In this document: piece after piece, positions 56,571-64,000 of the stretch | How positions within the stretch are numbered: position 1 is the first letter of the stretch | Layout of the letters: each line of letters starts with the position of its first letter | Origin: the human T2T-CHM13v2.0 reference genome, Homo sapiens | Strand: one strand, 5' to 3' | NCBI RefSeq assembly: GCF_009914755.1 | Contig: NC_060931.1 | Length of the DNA stretch: 64,000 bases | The notes under the pieces: model-generated | Told to the model about the DNA's origin: nothing | The model's input: only the letters and a program-made list of their open reading frames with translations | Database searches by the model: none | Program-made: the position numbers and the translations under genes

Positions 56571-57812
56571 CAACAGCTGTAGAAGACAATTTTACAGAGA
56601 CTTGGTATGAATTTTCATTCAATCTAATTTTTAGTGAAAATTTCTTACCCATGTGGCATGAATTTACATTCTTGTTTCAGAACTTTTTTCCCCTACACCC
56701 ACCCTCCACATTCTCCTCTAAGCATAATTGTGCAAGTGGGTTTCAATAAAGTTCTCTTTTTAACACCCAATATTCACAATAGAAGTGGTGACATCACTAG
56801 ATAACAATTCGGCACTTTTGTTTCACTTCTTAATGCTACATGTTTTTTATTTGTGTTTTTCTATTTTTACTGTTAAAGAGAACACTGAACTTGTCTCTCT
56901 AGCAGCCGTAAGTATCACACAGTGAACTTGAGAGTTCTGCATTACTGATCAGGTTAAGAAAGCAGAGATTGGAATCTCTGAGATACGTATTCCAATCATT
57001 TTATTTTCTTCAAATACAACCTACCCAAGTGTCTTATCTGAGTCGATTTTAGAAAGCTATTCTGTGTGACAAATTGTATCCAATTTCTTTCTTGTGCCTT
57101 GTAGATATTCTTTCATGGGCTGATAAACAGAGTATAAAATCTGTTACAGAAATTAAATAGTACCGTGGTTAAAAGCATGGGCTTTGCTGACAGAGATACC
57201 TCTGTTCAAATTTCAGCCCTGTCGCTTCATAAATTAAGGGTAATCTCAGACAAGTTAATTTTTCCTCTGTGAGTCTCAGTTTCTTCACCTGAATAACAGA
57301 GATAATGCCTTCCTTTAAGTTGTTGCAAGGGCTGATTTAGAAGACATGAGTAATAATAAGCATTATAAAAGAAGTGTTACTGTTTCTTAAAGATTATCTT
57401 TTTTCTAAAAGTTTTAGCACTCTCTGCAACCTCTTAATTTTTATAGTGGAAAATAAAAGGGTCCATGGAAAGTTAGAGAAAATTTACATGCACTCAGTAT
57501 TAGGAGAAAGTGCTGTTATTGAAACAGGATTTTCACTTTTTATGATAAAGTAGGTGTGTTTGCTTAGTGTTTACTCTTATTTCAATGGTGTTTGTTTGAA
57601 CCAGCATTAGCTAACAGAATTCACACAGTTCAAATAAATATCAGTGGACTGGAAAGGACTTTTCTCCAGCCAAGTAGGTCATGCTGGAATGCTAGGTTAA
57701 CATCAATACACAAAAACCGATTTGGATAACAAATCTTGCTACTAACACAAAATATTCACGATATAAAAGTATTTGCAACTTAGATGAGGCAAACATGGAG
57801 ATTATGTATGTA

Positions 57813-57834
57813 TACACACACACACACACACACA
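57813..57834. repeat. (CA)n microsatellite
   Basis: Read directly. Confidence 0.9.
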
Positions 57835-59452
57835 TACAAACACCATATATATTCACTATATTATAGTGAAATTATTTGTAACAATTTTTATCTGCTTTTA
57901 TCTTTTAAATGCAGTTCATAATGTTATACATACCCTCAGATGTTAGTTTCATATTCACGTGAACCCAAATGAATTTGTTCAGATGGGGCATTGAAAACAA
58001 AAGGAAGCGATTCTGGTTAACTTAACATAAAACCAGGTGTGTGTATGTGTTCGGAGGAGCAAAAAACAAAAGCGAAGTTGATTGGCAAGGGTATGGGGAA
58101 GTCACCAAACTAAAAAAGGTAGATGACCAGAACAGGAGGGAACAAGAAGTGGAATTGCTCAGACATCCTGGCCAGCAGTTGGACTATTCCCAGAGCTCCA
58201 ATTGCTTTTCCATCTGTGAATCATTCTGCTAAAAAGGGAAGAGTCTAGCCATCTGGTCTACAGTAGGTCAAGTGCTCACCTTTTGTTAAGGAGGTGAACT
58301 TTGATTGAAAGCGCCACGTAAGCCACTGCATATAATGTCTGGTAGTGGGGGGAAGAGAGCAGGAGGGGAAAATGACTTCTCAAAAGCTCAAAGAGAAAAA
58401 GCCTGCTGTTACCACACACAGAGAGAATGTATGCTAAAAAAAAAAAAAAAAAAAGTGCAACCTGCTGGTACAAATAGCATATACATGTATTTGAACTAGT
58501 TCATTTCACTTGGGTAAAAATATGCCATTGTCTTAGAATAAGAGCAAAGAACATCTTTAAAATACAACCCTAGTCCTCATATTATCCAAATTCATAGGCC
58601 ACCATGCTATGCACGTTGAGTTAGCTAAAAGTTAATATTTAATGCAAATATTCAAGATGGCAAGATAAAACTCATTAAATGGAATAATATTCTTTCAAAA
58701 GGTTAATTATTCATACTCAACGCAATGGCTATTTTGGTGTCTACTTTTAATAGCTGCAGCAGCAATAAAAACTTTGGCAATACTGTTAATTTATTAAAGG
58801 CTATAGCTAGTAAATATTTAATACAGCCCCAAACATTTTAATATTCTTTCCATTAATATTTTACCTAATAGTTTTTTCTCATATAATCAATTTAACATTT
58901 TAATCCTTAATATTTTAATTGATCTTCAATTTGGATAGATAGAACAGGAATTTAAGTTAAATATAAAATTATCTCTACAAGCAAAAGAAAAAGTTAAAAA
59001 TATGTAACCCCCTCAGGATATGGAAAATTACTCTATTCTAAAACATATGCCATAAATTTTATATTAAATGAACACTGAATCACAGATGTTTCTTCTTTCA
59101 AATTTTTAATATTCACCAATTATATCTCTCCTTAATATCCTTTGACATTAAACTTAATTGACCCTGGTTCTGTCAATTAGAAGTACTTGTATTATTTATG
59201 GGTTTTATATGAATTGTCTTTATCAAGTCTTTAGAGCTTCGGGTTACTTGCTTATTCATCATCTTCTTTATCAAATCTGCAGTTTAAAATATTGGGATTT
59301 TTGAAATAATTTTTAATATAATAAAACATCTATTCTTGGGGGATGTTGATAATGGTGGAGGCTATGCATATAGCGGGCAGGGGACATATAAGACATCCTT
59401 GCACCTTTCTCAATTTTGCTGTGTTTTTACTTATATGTATGTATTTATATGT

Positions 59453-59873
59453 ATTGTAAAGACCATCGATACTATGAAGAAACTGCATCAACTAATGGGC
59501 AAAATAACCAGCTAGCATCATGACAGGATCAAATTCACAAATAACAATATTATCCCCAAATGTAAACAGGCTAAATGCCACATGCAGACTGGCAAATTTG
59601 ATAGACTCAAGACCCATTGGTGTGCTGTATTCAGGAGACCCATCTAACATGCAAAGACACACATAGGCTCAAAATAAAGGGATGGAGGAAGATTTACCAA
59701 GCAAATGGAAAGCAAAGAAAAGCAGGGGTTCCAATCTTAGTCTCTGATAAAAAAGACTTTAAGCCAACAAAGATCAAGAAAAGACAAATAAGGGCATTAC
59801 ATAATGGTAAAGGGATCAATGCAACAAGAAGAGCTAACTATCCTAAATATATATATGCACCCAATACAGGAGT
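59453..59873 (+). mobile_element. Internal L1PA fragment (ORF1 end, inter-ORF, ORF2 endonuclease start)
   Basis: ORF2 start atgacaggatcaaattcac at ~59520; ORF 59617 CCIQETHLTCKDTHRLKIKGW; no 3'UTR or poly(A). Confidence 0.92.
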
Positions 59874-60457
59874 GCCATTTATGGCCACAGAGCTGGATCT
59901 ACTCTCTGAGGAAAAGAGGAGAAAAAAGTAGATGAAGAAAAGTTGAGGACTCAGAAGCAATCTCCCTGAAGTAATTTAACAACTAGAAGCTTAACAGAAG
60001 AAGAAGGGTCACAGACAAATGGGCAAAACATGCTGAGTCATGTAACATAAAAACTCAGAGAGGTGTGGGATCTTGGCAACTCACAGAAGAAAGGAAAGAG
60101 TGGTCAACTAAGGAGACCAGGAAGAAATAATCATCAACCAAGATTTAAAGAAAAAAAAAAAAAGAAAACTCCACAGAGTTTCAGCAAGCTGAACACATTG
60201 GCTTTGGCAAGTGCCCTTGATGACACTGATAATAGTTATTGTAGTGAAATGGTAATGATAACGGCCAAAAACCTGGTTGAAATAAGCTGAGAAAAATAGC
60301 AAATACACCCTTCACAGGAGTTTTCAGTGAAGGAAGCAGAGAAATAAGGTGATAGCTAACAGAGATGTTCTTCAAAATCAGTAATATTCAGTGAGCTTGA
60401 ATATACTTCAAAAACAAAAAGACTCCTAGAAATGTCCTAGTGATATCACCCTAACTC

Positions 60458-61200
60458 TGTATCAGCTATCCAATGCTGCATAAGAAATTACTCTAAAACT
60501 AACTTGTATAAAACAAGCATTTATTATGCTATTAGATTTTCAGAAATTTAGATGGGCACAGTGAGGAGAATGTGTCTACACTCTAGAGTAGGTATTGGCA
60601 AACGTGTACAGGCCCAGATAGCAAATATTCTTAGGCTTTGCAGGGCCAATGGTCACTGTCAAATTATTCAAATAGTCGATTATAGCACACTGCCATAGAC
60701 CATGCATACAAGAAAAGAGCATGGCTGTGTTCCAATAAAACTTTATTTACAAAAATAGGCAGTGAACCAGATTTGGCCTGCAGGCTGCAGTTTGCAAACT
60801 CCAGCTGGAGTTGCTGGAATGTCTGAGGCCTCATCTGGAAGACGTGAACACTGGGGAGACATGACAGCTAGAGGCTGGAATTCTGCAGCTCCTCAGGTAT
60901 TTCTTTCTATTTCAATGGGATCTCTCCACATGATCACTCATGCATAGCAGCTTCGAGTTAGTCACCCTTTTAAAATGGCAGCTGAGGTCTTGAAAGTGAA
61001 TTACCCAAGAGGAAATGACAAAATCTTCATGGCCTTTTGCAACTTACGTTTTGAAATCATTTGGCATCACACATACCATATTCTATTTGTTGAAATCATC
61101 ACAAATGTCCACCCAGGTGCAAGGGGAGGGACAGGAAGAAAAGTTTGCCTCTTTCTTGTGGGGAAATGTTAAACAATTTATGGACATGTTCTAAAGCTAC
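60458..61200 (-). mobile_element. MLT1-type LTR interrupted by MER58A (~60589-60803)
   Basis: tgtatcagctatc...; MER58A hallmark catggctgtgttccaataaaactttatttacaaaa. Confidence 0.7.
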
Positions 61201-61529
61201 CATACTCTCTAAGAAATGAGCAAAGAGTCAAGAGACCATTTGTTGCAATAAGGGATTTTTAAGTTTTATAAGAATTTGAGTGATTCCAAAAGTTTGGTTG
61301 AAAAAGAAAATAGTAGTCACACAATAATTTTTAAAAGTGTTTTGGGATGGTGCTGAAGAGAGAGAATGGCTCCTTATAAAATTCAATTATGACTGTGCTT
61401 AGTTGCATTCAGACTGTTTTACTAAAAAGAAGAAACATATTTGGTATTTTGTGTTTTTGGTTTGTCTGATGAACATAAAAATGATTATCTGATTCTTAGA
61501 AATACTGTATAAATGTCTTTGAGCATCTA

Positions 61530-62539
61530 GGTATGCTGAAGAATGGCCCCCAAAAATGTTCATATACCGGAACCTGTGGATGTTATGTTAGTCTGGGTTC
61601 TCCAGGAAACAAGAACAAAGAGGAGATACAATCCGCCGCCCCCCTGCCACCCCTCCACCCCCCGCCACACATACACCACATATAGAAAGAGATTTTTTTT
61701 AGAAGGAATTGGTTTACACAGTTATGGAGCCATGGAGCCCTGCACTCTATATTTGGCAAGCTAGAAAGCTAGGAATGCTGATGGTATTGTTCCAGTCCAA
61801 ATGCAATGGCCTGAGAGAGGAGAGTCAATGGTGTAAGTTCCAATCTGAGTCTGAAGGGAGGAAAAGACCAATGTCCCAGCTTGAAGACAGTCAGGCAAAG
61901 AGATTGAATTCTCCCTTACTGCACCTTTTATTCTATTCAGGCTCTCGAGGGATTGGTTGAGACCCACTCACACCGGAGAGGGCAGTCTGCTTTACTTGGT
62001 CTACCGATTCATATGTTATTCTCATCTTGAAAAACCCTCACCGACATACCCAGGATAATGTTTAGCCAGATATCTTGGCAATCCATGGCCCAGTCAAGTT
62101 AACACAAAAACTAACCATTACAATTGCCTTATATGGCAAAAGAGACTTTGAAGGTGTGCCTAAGTTAAGGATCTTGAGACTGGGATGTTAGCCTGAATTA
62201 GCCAGGTGGGCCCTACAAGTAATCACAAGTTTCCTTAAAAGATGGAGGCAGAAGAAGATTTCACCACAGAAGAGGAAGGAGGGGATGTGACTAAAAAAAG
62301 CAAGAGGTTGGAGTAATGTAAGGATAGGGTCATAAGTCAAGGATTGTGGGTGGCCCCAGAAGCCAGAAAAGCCGAGGAAAGGATTCACCCCTCAGAGTCT
62401 CCAGACCCGCCTGTACCTTCATTTTAGCCTAGTGCAACTGATTTCAGACTTCTGGCCTCTGGAAATGTAAGAAAATAAATCTGTGTTTGTTATGCCAAGT
62501 TGGATGTAATTTGTTACAGCAGCCACAGGAAACTGATGC
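61530..62539 (+). mobile_element. MLT1C/D LTR interrupted by an antisense MLT2 LTR (~61585-62122)
   Basis: aatggccccca...[ttagtctgggttctcc...ccagtcaagttaacacaaaaactaaccattaca]...gccacaggaaactgatgca. Confidence 0.8.
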
Positions 62540-63299
62540 AGCCCCCTATTAGGAGGTTCATGGGACACATGAAGGTCATGCAGTTGTTTGCACATGACAG
62601 AAGTTGCATTGACTTAAGAGTTTGCCACAATTTTATGATGGTTAAAATGAAACCATCAGTAGAGAGTTTGCGGGTAATAATTGCTCAATAAATATTAGTT
62701 AACTAAGATATATATTAAACAATAAAACAGTGGTGAAAACAGAAGATTTAACAAGAAGGAAAAGGCTTAAAGAAGTAGGGCTGAAATAGAAAAGTCCCAA
62801 GGGAACAGAGAATGGAATCTCTTCAGGGAGACTAAGGAATGTATCTCAAGGTCCACTGAAGGTAGGAAGGAGAAAATGTCTTCTCTCAGCACTTGAGTCA
62901 AGCCCCCATCACCAGAAGGCAGGATAAGGTTTGGCATTCATTCATTCAACCTTGAAGGCCCACCATATCCCAAGCACGTGCTACTCCTGGATACACATGA
63001 ACAAGCAATGGGCTGCCTCCATCCTCCAGTGCACAGTGAAGTAGAGTTGGTCCCAGCAAGTACACATGGAGGGCCAAGTCCTCTAAGGCGTCCTCACTAA
63101 TTGAAAATTATTTCCATTTCTTTTAAAATAAGTGTATGTTAGATGTCAAACTCCTAACTTCAATGCTTTAAAGATATTTTTACATGGGAAGCTAATAAAA
63201 ACCTAAAAACCAAAGGAGAAAATATTCAGGCTCATACTACTTAGTATTCACTTTACTGAATTTTTGTTTACATCACATCTGCACCAACTGTCTTCTGGA

Positions 63300-63560
63300 A
63301 GCAGTATAGCAGAATGCTCAAGAGCATGGAGTTCAGAGCAGAAATACCTGGATTTGAATCCTAGATTTGCCATAAATTGTATTTGTGACTTTGGGCAAAA
63401 ATTACTAAATCTCTGTATGCCGCAGCTCTCTCATCTACAAAACGGAGATGATAATAGTATTTGCCCCATCAAGTTTTCATGAAAATTGGATGAGTTAATA
63501 ATTGTTAAGCACTAACACTGTCAGCCCATAGTAAGGGCTATATAAGTGTGTGTTGAGTAA
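63300..63560 (+). mobile_element. MIR
   Basis: tgtgactttgggcaaaa...ctctgtatgccgcagctctctcatctacaaaacggagatgataatag MIR core. Similar MIRs at ~43900, 46550, 48800, 51700, 54100, 55150 and 57170. Confidence 0.75.
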
Positions 63561-64000
63561 AAGTATTAAAAACTTCTTTAAGACCCGGGAGTTCTTAAGA
63601 AAGCACATTCGTACTCTGTAAATTGAGTAACTTTTTCAGGTGACAACATTTTCCTGCATGGTATTTTCCTTGCTCACTTTCCAAGGGTCCCCATGACGAA
63701 TTTCCACCTACCAGTCAACAAAAGCAGCCAGAGCTCCATCAGTGAAAGCCCAGTGAACCCATATGTTGCAAATGAGTGTCAGTAATGACAACAGCAGCAA
63801 GGGTTTCACAATCTGTGCGTGAGAAGAAAGTTCACAAATGCAATCGGAAATGAGGTACTCCTCCTTCCACTTCTAAATCACTTCAAACCCTTTCAGACTA
63901 AAATAAGTACTAGGGATGTGATCCACAGCTATCACCTCGGGGTGGAGAAGTGAAAAACTTACTAGCTTTGCCAGTTTGACTGTCAGAGAGAGCTGCATTC

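Overview
Primate (most likely human) genomic DNA, AT-rich and repeat-dense. Positions 1-~8.3 kb hold the 5' part of BET1 (ER-Golgi Qc-SNARE) on the minus strand. Three coding exons can be read directly (8090-8108, 3062-3186, 157-213; together aa 1-67, all GT-AG junctions in phase), and the last coding exon lies left of the window. BET1 has a CpG-island promoter with ZNF143/THAP11, CCAAT and CREB3/XBP1-like motifs. The other ~55 kb is intergenic DNA made mostly of Alu, L1, L2, MIR, MaLR/ERV LTR and hAT relics; none of the ORF-track ORFs looks like a real gene. The most notable observations are: (1) a full 3' splice site immediately before the BET1 ATG, a solo LTR12 promoter 7 kb upstream in the same orientation, and a uORF that a small 5'UTR intron would fuse in frame; (2) a 164-bp, ~96% identical inverted duplication at 17.2/18.9 kb; (3) a palindromic MEIS-PBX/HOX-MEIS motif cluster at 44.2 kb; (4) several atypical L1 integration products. 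Repeat subfamily names come from recognising consensus sequence by eye and need RepeatMasker confirmation.
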